64,000 bases of DNA from Candidatus Moraniibacteriota bacterium (GCA_030648835.1 JAUSGT010000002.1:373458-437457), one strand, 5' to 3'. Numbered from the stretch's first letter, positions 28,759-40,512 are shown. Program-made: numbers and translations. Notes: generated from the sequence alone by a model not told the origin.

Positions 28759-29247
28759 ATGAAAATTCCAAAATTGAAATTGTTTTCCGGTTTTACCATT
28801 ATTGAACTTCTCGTCGTTATTGCCATCATCAGTATCATCACTGTCGTCTTATTGCTCAGTTTCGGGGATAGTCGGGTCAAGAAGGAGCTGGAAACGAACG
28901 CCAATGAGTTCGCTGGGGTGGTGCGCGAAGCACAGAATTATGCTCTTACGGGAAAACAGGCCGGAGGGGGTACCGTGTGCGCTTTCTCCGTGACTTGGAC
29001 AACTCCGTCAACGTATAGCTTGGGGTATACCGCGTCTGGAAGTTGCGCGACAGCACCCACTTCTCTTGTCAGTTATTCTCTCAAAAATGGAGTAATCTTC
29101 AGCAATTCTGGAGCGGTTTCTTTCAAGTCACCGTGGGCGGAGGTCACAACAGGCGATGTGCAAGTAAATTTTTCCCGATCGGGAAATACCCACTCTGTCT
29201 GTGTCAATGCGGAGGGAAAGATATCCGAAGGGATAACCTGTCCATAA
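28759..29247 (+). CDS. Pilin-like (minor pilin/pseudopilin) protein
   Basis: SGFTIIELLVVIAIISI prepilin leader. Confidence 0.7.
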   Translation: MKIPKLKLFSGFTIIELLVVIAIISIITVVLLLSFGDSRVKKELETNANEFAGVVREAQNYALTGKQAGGGTVCAFSVTWTTPSTYSLGYTASGSCATAPTSLVSYSLKNGVIFSNSGAVSFKSPWAEVTTGDVQVNFSRSGNTHSVCVNAEGKISEGITCP

Positions 29248-29257
29248 GAATATTGTT

Positions 29258-29827
29258 ATGTTTTTTTTCGCGTGGAAGCGTTTTTTAAAGAAACCGGCCC
29301 GGAAAGGGTTTTTATTGGGTGAGATACTGCTGGCGGTGTTTGTGCTGGCAGTTGGCCTGACTTCAATCATCGCTATTATCGGGAACAGTCTCCAATATTC
29401 TCTTGAAAGCCAAAATATAATTGTGGCTTCTCAACTGGCTCAGGAAGGTATAGAGCTTGTACGCAATGTCCGTGATAACGATTTTGCGACCGGGGGGACC
29501 GGGTTTGCGGCTTTTTCCGGGAGTAAGCACTGCCGTATCGACTACAACAATTCCACAACAAACCTAAATTGCAATTCGTCTCTAGGATCGGCGGCTCGTT
29601 ATACACTGACGTATTCGGGCGGATTTTACCAGCATCAGGAATCTTCTCAAGAGCGTTTTTCGCGGTATGTCTATATTAATTACAGCGCGTCCGATTATGG
29701 CAAGGCTACGGTAAGAAGTTTTGTTTATTGGGGAACGTTTATACCGCTGAGTTCTGGCGAAGTCACCGGCTGTACGGCAGGGAACAGGTGCGTATTCAAT
29801 GAAGTCGATCTCAGAGGGTGGAAATAA
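29258..29827 (+). CDS. Minor pilin-like protein
   Basis: RKGFLLGEILLAVFVLAVGL, a prepilin-type leader with Glu at +5. Confidence 0.5.
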   Translation: MFFFAWKRFLKKPARKGFLLGEILLAVFVLAVGLTSIIAIIGNSLQYSLESQNIIVASQLAQEGIELVRNVRDNDFATGGTGFAAFSGSKHCRIDYNNSTTNLNCNSSLGSAARYTLTYSGGFYQHQESSQERFSRYVYINYSASDYGKATVRSFVYWGTFIPLSSGEVTGCTAGNRCVFNEVDLRGWK

Positions 29828-29841
29828 TCTCTCACATATTT

Positions 29842-30393
29842 ATGATACGAGTCTTTTCTCAAAAAAATCGGAGCGGTTTCACACTGATAGAAGTGTTGGT
29901 TTCGGTGGCTATTTTTCTTGTCGTTATGGTAACCACGTCGTATATCTTCACGCGGGCCTTCGCGGGGTACAAGGAAACGAAAGCTCTCCAGCACGATATC
30001 GAGAACGCGCAGTACGTACTGAATCTTCTGGCCAAGGAATTGCGCACCAGTTCTATCGCCGATTTCGGTTCGGATTGGGTGCAGTTCATTGATTATTCCC
30101 AGAGCATATGTTTTCGATATCGGATCAACGGTGGAAGTCTGCAGGTGGCGAAAGTATCAAGTATGAAAACGCTTTCTGCTTGTCAATCGAATAGTTTCGT
30201 ATCAGGGGACTACACGACCATCAGTACCGGAACGGTAAGCGGGAAGTTTAATGTCATACGCTCAGATCCGACCGTGGGTTCGAAAAGAGTCGGGAAAGTC
30301 ACTACTTCGCTTGTTATCCGTGAAGGAACGGCGCATGAGGCTCGTATCCAGACAACAGTTTCCCTTCGGGATTTCGGTTATATCGTACTTTAA
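29842..30393 (+). CDS. Minor pilin-like protein
   Basis: SGFTLIEVLVSVAIFLVV. Internal ATG at 29842 preferred over the ORF-track start at 29818. Confidence 0.65.
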   Translation: MIRVFSQKNRSGFTLIEVLVSVAIFLVVMVTTSYIFTRAFAGYKETKALQHDIENAQYVLNLLAKELRTSSIADFGSDWVQFIDYSQSICFRYRINGGSLQVAKVSSMKTLSACQSNSFVSGDYTTISTGTVSGKFNVIRSDPTVGSKRVGKVTTSLVIREGTAHEARIQTTVSLRDFGYIVL

Positions 30394-30414
30394 ACGAAGT
30401 CTCCATTTTTGCTT

Positions 30415-30442
30415 TGAAAAAGCTCTTTTTGGAGCTTTTTTT
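30415..30442 (+). terminator. Rho-independent terminator ending the pilus operon
   Basis: AAAGCTCTTTTTGGAGCTTT followed by T7. Confidence 0.65.
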
Positions 30443-30533
30443 CATTCCTCCAAGATGGTATACTGTATGTATCAGAACCCATCTCAAGTAGAATCCTCTG
30501 TCTTTCTGAGCAAAGCGAAGAATCCCGTTATAG

Positions 30534-32852
<2,319 letters not shown>

Positions 32853-32975
32853 AATGTTTTCAATACCTAAGACCTAATATCCAATACCTAATAAAAATTT
32901 AATGCTTAAATTTCAAAATTTACATATTGGATATTTATTAGAAATTAGGAATTAGATATTAGAAATTTTTGAAGT
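32853..32975. repeat. AT-rich palindromic word spacer S1a (CCTAATAT / ATTAGGAATTAG words)
   Basis: Reverse complement of 35386..35500. Confidence 0.7.
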
Positions 32976-33263
32976 ATGTTAACGAAAGAAGAAGTAAAAA
33001 ATATTGCTCTATTGGCTCGTATCGGAATCAAGGAGGACGAGGTAGAGAAGTACCAAAAGGACCTTTCGGCGGTGCTTGATTTTTTTCGTGAGCTGGAAAC
33101 AGTAAAAACAGACGGTGTAGAACCGATTGGCCATATTACCGGAATGGTCGGTGTGGCGCGGACGGATCAAACGGAAGATTTCGAAAGTGTGGGGAAAGCG
33201 GAAATCATCAAGAATGTTCCGGAAACGAAAGATGGGTTCGTGAAAGTGAAGTCCGTATTTTAG
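32976..33263 (+). CDS. gatC: Asp-tRNA(Asn)/Glu-tRNA(Gln) amidotransferase subunit C
   Basis: 95 aa. Immediately upstream of gatA. Confidence 0.8.
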   Translation: MLTKEEVKNIALLARIGIKEDEVEKYQKDLSAVLDFFRELETVKTDGVEPIGHITGMVGVARTDQTEDFESVGKAEIIKNVPETKDGFVKVKSVF

Positions 33264-33395
33264 TGTATGCCCGGTAGTAGAATTTCGACCGGGCAAGTTT
33301 GTAAACGTACTTAAAGTTATGACTAAAAGATTAAGAAGGATTTAAATTTCTAGAATGTATGTGTTGAATACATTGTCGAAATTTCACTACCGGGT

Positions 33396-34847
33396 ATGAT
33401 TCGCGAGCTTCATGAAAAACTTGTCAGAGGTGAGATAACCTCTGTCAGCCTTACAGAAAAATATCTCCAAGCCATCGAAGCAAAAGACGGCGAAATAGGG
33501 GCGTATTTGACGGTGCTGCGCGAGCAATCTTTGGTGGAAGCGTCTTTTGTGGATGAACAACTAAGGCGAGGGGAGAAGATTGATTTGCTTTCGGGTATCC
33601 CCGGCGCGATCAAAGACAATATCTGTGTGGCGCGTGTTCGGGCAACCGCCGGTTCAAAGATCCTCGACAATTATATCGCTCCGTACGATGCCACCGTGAT
33701 TGAAAGGGTCAAGAGGAAAGGGGCTGTTGTATTGGGGAAAACCAATATGGATGAATTCGCTATGGGTTCATCGACAGAAAATAGCGCTTATCGGAAAACC
33801 AAGAATCCAGTCGATATTTCGCGGGTGCCGGGCGGCTCTTCCGGTGGATCGGCCGCCGCTGTGGCGGGAGGTGAAGCGGTATGGGCTCTGGGGTCCGACA
33901 CCGGCGGTTCTATTCGCCAGCCAGCCTCGTTTTGTGGTGTGGTGGGGCTCAAACCGACCTATGGACGCGTATCGCGCTTCGGGCTGATAGCGATGGCATC
34001 GAGTCTGGATCAAATCGGTCCATTTGGGGAGAGTGTGGAAGATGTGGCTATAGTTTTTTCTCGGATAGCCGGGTTTGATAAGAAGGATGCGACAACGGCT
34101 CCAAGCGGCAATGACAAGCCTTTTGAAGAATATCTGACTGGTGATATAACTGGGCTTTCTATCGGCATCCCCAAGGAATATTTTTCCGAAAGTTTGGATC
34201 CGCGTGTCCGAGCAATTACGGATAAAGCTATCGAACGCTTTACATCACTTGGGGTAATCGTAAAGGAAATCTCTTTGCCACACAGTGAGTACGCCTTGCC
34301 CGTGTACTATATCATCATGCCTTGTGAGGTGAGTTCCAATTTGGCGCGTTTCGACGGCATCAAATATGGGATGCGTGTCAACGATGTCAAAGATTCTCTT
34401 GCCCATACGAATGCACTGCTGGAAACGTATTTGGATACACGGCGGGTTGGTTTTGGCACAGAGGTGAAACGACGTGTTATGCTGGGGACGTACGCGCTCT
34501 CTGCCGGGTACTATGACGCGTATTATCTCAAGGCGCAGAAGGTCCGGGCGCTTATCAAGCAAGATTTTGAAGAAGCTTTCAAACAGGTAGATTTGATTTT
34601 TTCTCCGACCACCCCGGAGCCGGCATTTCGGTTCGGTGAAAAGGGAGATGATCCGCTCAAGATGTATCTCTCGGATATTTATACGGTGACGGCGAATCTG
34701 GCCGGTGTCCCGGCAATTTCCTTTCCAATGGGGACTATTGAAAAGGGAGATAAAGCGCTTCCGATCGGTGGGCAGCTTTCCGCCAAATGGTTTGATGAGG
34801 AAACTCTCTTGCGGGCGGCGGATGCTTTTGAAAAAAGCTTAAAATAA
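33396..34847 (+). CDS. gatA: Glu-tRNA(Gln) amidotransferase subunit A (amidase signature)
   Basis: Amidase signature GGSSGGSAAAVA. Confidence 0.9.
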   Translation: MIRELHEKLVRGEITSVSLTEKYLQAIEAKDGEIGAYLTVLREQSLVEASFVDEQLRRGEKIDLLSGIPGAIKDNICVARVRATAGSKILDNYIAPYDATVIERVKRKGAVVLGKTNMDEFAMGSSTENSAYRKTKNPVDISRVPGGSSGGSAAAVAGGEAVWALGSDTGGSIRQPASFCGVVGLKPTYGRVSRFGLIAMASSLDQIGPFGESVEDVAIVFSRIAGFDKKDATTAPSGNDKPFEEYLTGDITGLSIGIPKEYFSESLDPRVRAITDKAIERFTSLGVIVKEISLPHSEYALPVYYIIMPCEVSSNLARFDGIKYGMRVNDVKDSLAHTNALLETYLDTRRVGFGTEVKRRVMLGTYALSAGYYDAYYLKAQKVRALIKQDFEEAFKQVDLIFSPTTPEPAFRFGEKGDDPLKMYLSDIYTVTANLAGVPAISFPMGTIEKGDKALPIGGQLSAKWFDEETLLRAADAFEKSLK

Positions 34848-34854
34848 ATAGGGT

Positions 34855-35385
34855 ATGGAGACTGATATTTTTGGTGCCGCATATATCATTTGGCAAAATC
34901 TGGCCCAGTTTTTTTCCGGCTCTTTTCTGGTTGCGGCGATAAAATTCTTTCTCTTTATCTATGTTACAGTTTTGTTTATCGACATCATCCTGCTCCTCGT
35001 GTTGCGCGGAGTTTCCGCGGATATCAAGAAGACGCTTTTCGGTACCCACCGCCCACTCCTTTTGCGTTCCACGGCAATCAATCGTTTTGAAAAAAGTCTT
35101 GCTCGTTTGAAAAGCGGCAATCCGTCACAGTACAAAGTGGCTCTGCTTGAGGTGGATGCCTTTGCTGACGAGGTTCTTTCCGATATCGGGTATAAGGGCG
35201 CTACAATGACCGAGAAATTGGAGAGTATCCAAGATGGTCATTTGGGGGCAAAAGATCTCCTGATTGAGGCTCACCATGTTCGTAACCGTATCATTCACGA
35301 AGCCGATTTCGCGCTTACCTATGAAGAAGCCGAGAAATGGATAACCACCTATCGCGTGTTCTTCAACGAAGTGGAGCTATTTTAA
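34855..35385 (+). CDS. Membrane-anchored protein with a C-terminal DUF4145/HEPN-like motif (RNRIIHE)
   Basis: Two N-terminal TM helices. YKVALLEVDAFADEVL ... AHHVRNRIIHE resembles the C-terminus of the island protein at 3227..4444. Confidence 0.4.
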   Translation: METDIFGAAYIIWQNLAQFFSGSFLVAAIKFFLFIYVTVLFIDIILLLVLRGVSADIKKTLFGTHRPLLLRSTAINRFEKSLARLKSGNPSQYKVALLEVDAFADEVLSDIGYKGATMTEKLESIQDGHLGAKDLLIEAHHVRNRIIHEADFALTYEEAEKWITTYRVFFNEVELF

Positions 35386-35500
35386 AATTCCTAATATCTA
35401 ATTCCTAATTTCTAATGAATGCTCAATTCATAAATTTTGAAATTAAAACATTGAAATTTTGTTAGGTACTAGATATTAGGTATTAGGCATTGAAAACCTA
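35386..35500. repeat. AT-rich palindromic word spacer S1b (inverted copy of S1a)
   Basis: TTCCTAATATCTAATTCCTAATTTCTAAT is the reverse complement of S1a 32940..32968. The outer ends also match in inverted orientation. Confidence 0.7.
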
Positions 35501-35571
35501 TTTTTTAGCAGAGTATTGGATGTTCGCAGCCACGTTGACAAGAGGAAGTCTATCTGATATCTTAGCTACAT

Positions 35572-35591
35572 AAAGCCCTCGGGGCTTTTTT
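35572..35591 (+). terminator. Hairpin plus T-run (AAGCCCTCGGGGCTTTTTTT) between a TTGACA/TATCTT promoter and secE
   Basis: GC hairpin followed by T7. Preceded by TTGACA - 17 nt - TATCTT at 35537..35565. Confidence 0.5.
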
Positions 35592-35615
35592 TAAGAGGGA
35601 AAGTAGAGAGTTTTT

Positions 35616-35801
35616 ATGAATAAGCTATTTTCATTTCTGGCAGAAGCCAAAGTCGAGCTTTCCCGCGTCAATTGGCCGACAAAGAAGCAGATTACCCGGT
35701 ACACCATTTTGGTTATTATTATCAGTCTTGTTGTGGCGCTTTTTCTCGGTAGCTTGGATTTTGTGTTCAGTTCTCTTGTCGAAAAATACCTCATCAAATA
35801 A
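35616..35801 (+). CDS. secE: Preprotein translocase subunit SecE
   Basis: 61 aa with a single TM. Conserved position upstream of nusG. Confidence 0.75.
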   Translation: MNKLFSFLAEAKVELSRVNWPTKKQITRYTILVIIISLVVALFLGSLDFVFSSLVEKYLIK

Positions 35802-35825
35802 TACCCACGTTAATTATCTTTTGTT

Positions 35826-36371
35826 ATGGCAAAACAAACGCAACATCATGGACGCGCGTGGTATGTGCTTCACACGTACTCGGGCTATGAAGACAATGTG
35901 GCGCGCAATCTGAAACAGAGAATTGAGTCGATGGATATGCAGGAATTTATCTTTGATGTCCTTGTCCCCAAAGAAAAGAAGATCAAGATCAAGGGTGGCA
36001 AACGTGTGGTAGTGGAGGAACGCATTTACCCCGGATACGTGTTGGTGGATATGATGGTGACGGATGCTTCATGGTATGTCGTACGCAACACGCCCAATGT
36101 GACCGGTTTTATCGGTTTGGGCACGACACCGACTCCGATTGATACCAAGGAAATCGAGGCTTTGAAGAAACGGATGGGTGTCGCCGAACCGAAGTACAAA
36201 ATCGATGTGCACGTGGGAGATGCGATCAAGATTATTGATGGTCCATTCAAAAACTTTGACGGTAAGATTCATGAAGTGGATGAGGAAAAGGGGAAAGTGA
36301 AGGTATTTGTTTCTATTTTCGGACGCGAGACGCCGGTGGAATTGGATTTCCTTCAGGTGAGAAAAGCATAA
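35826..36371 (+). CDS. nusG: Transcription termination/antitermination factor NusG
   Basis: NGN domain (WYVLHTYSGYE). KOW motif near the C-terminus. Confidence 0.9.
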   Translation: MAKQTQHHGRAWYVLHTYSGYEDNVARNLKQRIESMDMQEFIFDVLVPKEKKIKIKGGKRVVVEERIYPGYVLVDMMVTDASWYVVRNTPNVTGFIGLGTTPTPIDTKEIEALKKRMGVAEPKYKIDVHVGDAIKIIDGPFKNFDGKIHEVDEEKGKVKVFVSIFGRETPVELDFLQVRKA

Positions 36372-36389
36372 TTTATCAAAGAATATATT

Positions 36390-36818
36390 ATGGCAAAGAC
36401 AATCAAGACCGTTATCAAACTGCAAATTGCCGCGGGTAAGGCGAATCCGGCCCCTCCGGTGGGCCCGGCTCTCGGTCAACATGGTCTGAATATTCAGGAT
36501 TTTTGCGGCAAATTCAACGAGGCGACCAAGGATCGTATGGGTGATGTTGTGCCGGCTGAGATTACCGTGTATGAAGATCGAACATTCACATTCGTTTTGA
36601 AAACATCTCCGGCTGCCGATCTCTTGAAGAAAGCCGCCAAGATAGACAAGGGTGCAGCCAATCCGCTCAAAGACAAGGTAGGCACCGTGACCAAGGCTCA
36701 AGTTCGTGAAATTGCCGAAAAGAAAATGGCGGATCTCAATGCCAATGATGTGGAAATGGCCATGCGGATTATTGAAGGTTCCGCTCGTTCGATGGGAATT
36801 AAAGTGACAGAAAATTAA
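36390..36818 (+). CDS. rplK: 50S ribosomal protein L11
   Basis: [26 protein letters not shown]. Confidence 0.95.
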   Translation: MAKTIKTVIKLQIAAGKANPAPPVGPALGQHGLNIQDFCGKFNEATKDRMGDVVPAEITVYEDRTFTFVLKTSPAADLLKKAAKIDKGAANPLKDKVGTVTKAQVREIAEKKMADLNANDVEMAMRIIEGSARSMGIKVTEN

Positions 36819-36824
36819 ATTTTC

Positions 36825-36877
36825 TGTCATCCCCACGAAAGCGGGGATCTAGATCCCGGATCAAGTCCGGGATGACA
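36825..36877. repeat. Palindromic element TGTCATCCCCACGAAAGCGGGGAT...ATCCCGGATCAAGTCCGGGATGACA
   Basis: Same family as 16647 and 54539. Confidence 0.7.
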
Positions 36878-36941
36878 ATAAGATTATCATTAATAATGTG
36901 GGAGAGTTATAGTAAAAAACTCGTTTGTACCACGTAAAATT

Positions 36942-37631
36942 ATGTCTAGAGGAAAACAGTATCGCAGCGTAGCGGAAAAGCTTGACGTCGAAAAAGAATA
37001 CGCCCCGGAAGAAGCTATCGCATTTTTGAAGGAGAATAAGACCGCGAAGTTTGATGAATCTGTGGAAGTGCATGTGCGATTGGGGATCAATATCAAGAAA
37101 TCCGATGAAATGGTGCGGGCAACGATCGTTCTGCCGGAAGGCACCGGTCGGTCTCAAAGAGTGGCTGTCGTTACCAGTACGAAAGAAAAAGAAGCCAAGG
37201 AGGCAGAGGCGGATCTTGTAGGTGGTGAAGAGCTGATCAAAGATATTAAGGATGGCAAGGTGATCCCCGGTCAGGCGTTTGACGTTTTGCTCGCGACACC
37301 GGAAATGATGCCGAAACTCGCTCCGATTGCCAAAATCCTTGGCCCCAAAGGAATGATGCCGTCACCCAAAACGGAAACCGTCACCCCCAAGATCAAGGAG
37401 GCCGTTCTGATGCTCAAGAAGGGAAAAAAAATCAGTTTCAAGAACGATGATACGGGCAATCTGCATCAGATTATCGGCAAACTCTCTTTTACCGCCGAAG
37501 CATTACTTCAAAATTATCAGGCTCTTCGTGAAGCGCTCAATAAGATAAAACCGGAGAATATGAAGGGGAAACTCATCAAGTCAATTACTCTCTGTTCGAC
37601 GATGGGGCCGAGTCTCCAAATCAAGACATAG
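36942..37631 (+). CDS. rplA: 50S ribosomal protein L1
   Basis: L1 signature. Conserved rplK-rplA order. Confidence 0.95.
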   Translation: MSRGKQYRSVAEKLDVEKEYAPEEAIAFLKENKTAKFDESVEVHVRLGINIKKSDEMVRATIVLPEGTGRSQRVAVVTSTKEKEAKEAEADLVGGEELIKDIKDGKVIPGQAFDVLLATPEMMPKLAPIAKILGPKGMMPSPKTETVTPKIKEAVLMLKKGKKISFKNDDTGNLHQIIGKLSFTAEALLQNYQALREALNKIKPENMKGKLIKSITLCSTMGPSLQIKT

Positions 37632-37642
37632 TTCTCCCAAAA

Positions 37643-37670
37643 GATCCCGCTGTGGCGGGATTTTTCTTTT
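37643..37670 (+). terminator. Rho-independent terminator after rplA
   Basis: GATCCCGCTGTGGCGGGATTTTTCTTTT. Confidence 0.65.
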
Positions 37671-37727
37671 GTTTGACCGGCTTTTTCGCCTTTGGTATAC
37701 TGAAAGGGACCTTTTACGTGTAGTGCT

Positions 37728-38408
37728 ATGGCCGCCGGTTTTGAAATTGAAATAAAGAGCTTGCTCGGAAGCAAGGAAAATGCCGACGCTTTGAAAGAAC
37801 GTTTTTTTGTTTTGTTCCCGCAAGCAAAACTGGTCAGCAAGAACAACCAACTCAATCATTATTTCGAAGGAGGGGATATTGTAAAATTGCGGGAAAAATT
37901 TGCGGAGCGCGTCCCGACTGATCACAAGGATGCTTTCGAGAATATCTTGCGTGTTGGGAAAAATCACTCTGTCCGCACACGACAATTGGACAAAACGGTT
38001 ATTTTGGTCATCAAAGCATCGATCGATGATACGACCAGTTCCAACGGTATCTCACGTATGGAATGCGAAGTGATTTTTCCCGAGCTCACTCTCGACCAAC
38101 TTGACCAACTGTTACTTGAAGCGGGTTTTACGTATCAGGCAAAATGGTCGCGGGAACGGGAGCAGTATGAAGCTCCCGAGATGACGTTGTGTATCGACAA
38201 GAATGCCGGGTATGGTTATTTGGCCGAATTTGAGAAAGTAGTCCAATCTGCCGAAGCCGCGGAAAAAACGCGCGATGAATTGCGCAAGGTTATGCACCAA
38301 TTGGAGGTTGCGGAGCTTTCTCAGGAACGACTCGAGCGTATGTTCGCTTTTTACAACGCTCATTGGCCCGAATATTATGGAACCGATAAAGTATTTACTA
38401 TTGAATAA
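37728..38408 (+). CDS. CYTH-domain protein (triphosphate tunnel metalloenzyme family)
   Basis: N-terminal ExExK motif (FEIEIK). Confidence 0.55.
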   Translation: MAAGFEIEIKSLLGSKENADALKERFFVLFPQAKLVSKNNQLNHYFEGGDIVKLREKFAERVPTDHKDAFENILRVGKNHSVRTRQLDKTVILVIKASIDDTTSSNGISRMECEVIFPELTLDQLDQLLLEAGFTYQAKWSREREQYEAPEMTLCIDKNAGYGYLAEFEKVVQSAEAAEKTRDELRKVMHQLEVAELSQERLERMFAFYNAHWPEYYGTDKVFTIE

Positions 38409-38417
38409 TACAAGCAT

Positions 38418-38981
38418 ATGTATCTCTCCGATCGTGATATCAAACAGGCGGTGAAGGAAGGGACGATTACCATCCGTGATTTCGATCCGAAACGCTTGGG
38501 CCCGGTCAGCTATGACGTCATTCTTGACAATGATTTTATTGTGACGGACGTGCATCGGACGTTGGTCATCGATCCCGTAAAAAAAGTGTTTCCTCAAACG
38601 AAAGAGCACCATGTCAAAGAAGGAGAACCGTTCTATCTCTTCCCTGGGGAGACAGTGCTCGGCAAGGTGCGCGATTTTGTGGGGAGCGACAAATACCTCA
38701 TCCAGATTTCAGGCAAAAGCAGTTTGGCGCGCATTGGCCTCGTCGTGCATAATACCGCGGGGCTTATCAATCCCGGGCATTATCTCAATCTGACACTGGA
38801 ACTCTCCAATATCAATCGTGTTCCGCTCGTCTTGCGTCCCGGGATGCAGATCGCGCAATTCGTGTTTTCGACTCTGACGAGTCCCGTTATGAGCAATTAC
38901 AAGGAAGTTGGCCGCTTTCATAAGAATAACTGGGAACATTTCAAGCCAGCCAAGTCGCGCAGCATCAAGAAAAAGAAGTAA
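38418..38981 (+). CDS. dcd: dCTP deaminase (dUTPase superfamily)
   Basis: MYLSDRDIKQAV...PVSYDV... beta-barrel dUTPase-like motifs. Confidence 0.8.
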   Translation: MYLSDRDIKQAVKEGTITIRDFDPKRLGPVSYDVILDNDFIVTDVHRTLVIDPVKKVFPQTKEHHVKEGEPFYLFPGETVLGKVRDFVGSDKYLIQISGKSSLARIGLVVHNTAGLINPGHYLNLTLELSNINRVPLVLRPGMQIAQFVFSTLTSPVMSNYKEVGRFHKNNWEHFKPAKSRSIKKKK

Positions 38982-38991
38982 TATCAAAACC

Positions 38992-39990
38992 ATGGAAACG
39001 AAACGTCATCCGGAATATCAGTACCTCGATCTTTGCCAAGATATTCTTGACCATGCGACACGTCAAGAGGACCAAGGAACGGGTGATGTAACGCACAGCG
39101 TGTTCGGTCGTCAGATACGCTTTGATTTGGCTCACGAGTTTCCGCTGCTCACTACCAAGAAGGTATTTTGGAAGGCAGTGATACACGAACTGTATTGGTT
39201 TATCTCCGGTCAATCCAACGTACAGTATCTGGCCAAAAACGGCGTGCATATATGGGATGATTATCCGTACCGGATCTACCGTGAAAAGATAAGCAAGGGT
39301 CTCATGCCGGAGATGACCAAAGAAGATTTTGTTAAAAAGCTCATAGAGGATGATACGTTTGCCAAAGAACACGGAGAACTTAAGCATATTTATGGAGAAT
39401 TATGGCGACGGTGGCCAGCAACCGATGGACGAAACGTTGATCAGTTGGCCTGGGCGGTAGAGGAACTCCGACATGATCCGAACGCACACAATGTTATTGT
39501 GACTTCGTGGAATCCACAGTATCTCTACGGTATGGCGCTTCCGGAAGAGGCACTGCGTTTCCCAATTTGTCACAATATGTATCAATTGAGTATCCAGCAC
39601 GAGAAAGTCTGCCTTCAACTCTATCAGCGGAGCGCCGATATTTTTCTCGGTGTGCCTTTCAACATCGCAAGCTACGCACTTTTGACGCATATTGTGGCGC
39701 GCGCGTTGGGGCGAGAAGCGGGTGAGTTTATCCATACATTCGGGGATGTGCATGTGTATGAAAATCATATTGAACAAGTGAAGGAACAGATGGGTCGTGA
39801 GCCGCGGCCTTTCCCGCAGATTTCCCTTGATGCCAGCGTGAAGAGTATTGATGATTTCCGCCCCGAGCATGTCACTTTGACCGGGTATGATCCTCATCCA
39901 GCGATCAAGGCAGAATTGGCGCTGGTCGGTGGAAAAAGCTCGTCAGAGTGGAAAGAATTTATACGGAAGAAGAAAGCGAGTATACAGTAA
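38992..39990 (+). CDS. thyA: Thymidylate synthase ThyA (with insertion)
   Basis: EYQYLDL. Active-site RFPICHNMYQ (Cys nucleophile). ATG at 38992 preferred over the ORF-track start at 38908, which would overlap dcd. Confidence 0.85.
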   Translation: METKRHPEYQYLDLCQDILDHATRQEDQGTGDVTHSVFGRQIRFDLAHEFPLLTTKKVFWKAVIHELYWFISGQSNVQYLAKNGVHIWDDYPYRIYREKISKGLMPEMTKEDFVKKLIEDDTFAKEHGELKHIYGELWRRWPATDGRNVDQLAWAVEELRHDPNAHNVIVTSWNPQYLYGMALPEEALRFPICHNMYQLSIQHEKVCLQLYQRSADIFLGVPFNIASYALLTHIVARALGREAGEFIHTFGDVHVYENHIEQVKEQMGREPRPFPQISLDASVKSIDDFRPEHVTLTGYDPHPAIKAELALVGGKSSSEWKEFIRKKKASIQ

Positions 39991-40006
39991 TGGGTTTTGA
40001 TCAGCT

Positions 40007-40495
40007 ATGCAGAAACCGCGTATCAGCATGATTGCCGCCATCGCGAAAAAAGACCGCGCTATCGGGAAAGATAACGCGCTTCTGTGGCATATTCCGGAAG
40101 ATTTCCAGCATTTCAAGAACACGACGAGCGGGCATGCCATTATTATGGGAGAGAACACGTTCAAATCAATTGGCAAAGCGCTTCCCAGCCGTATCAATAT
40201 TGTGCTGTCGCTGACGCCGGATTTCGCGCCGGAGGGCTGTCTTATGGTACATTCTCTTGATGAGGCGCTGGCCGTAGCCAAAGAACATGAATCGGAAGAA
40301 ATTTTTATTTGTGGTGGAGCGAGCGTCTATAAGCAAATGATTTCGTATGCTACACGTTTGTACCTGACACTGGTGGAAGGTAATTTTGAAGCCGATACTT
40401 TTTTCCCCGAGTATGGCGAGTTTACGAAGGTGGTAAGCGAAGAAAAAATCGATACCGGGGAATACGCATTCACGTTTGTGGTGCTAGAAAGATAA
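40007..40495 (+). CDS. folA: Dihydrofolate reductase
   Basis: ISMIAAIAKKDRAIGKDNALLWHIPEDFQHFK. Confidence 0.85.
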   Translation: MQKPRISMIAAIAKKDRAIGKDNALLWHIPEDFQHFKNTTSGHAIIMGENTFKSIGKALPSRINIVLSLTPDFAPEGCLMVHSLDEALAVAKEHESEEIFICGGASVYKQMISYATRLYLTLVEGNFEADTFFPEYGEFTKVVSEEKIDTGEYAFTFVVLER

Positions 40496-40512
40496 ATAAT
40501 TAATAGGTAAAT

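Noticed and set aside
35500-35610. tRNA-Trp upstream of secE (a common bacterial arrangement)
   Set aside because: No cloverleaf, T-loop (GTTCRA) or acceptor pairing could be built. The region instead holds a promoter and hairpin.
38908-38991. ORF-track start of thyA at 38908, overlapping dcd by 74 nt
   Set aside because: The conserved ThyA N-terminus begins at the ATG at 38992 (METKRHPEYQYLDL). The upstream extension would overlap the dcd C-terminus out of frame.
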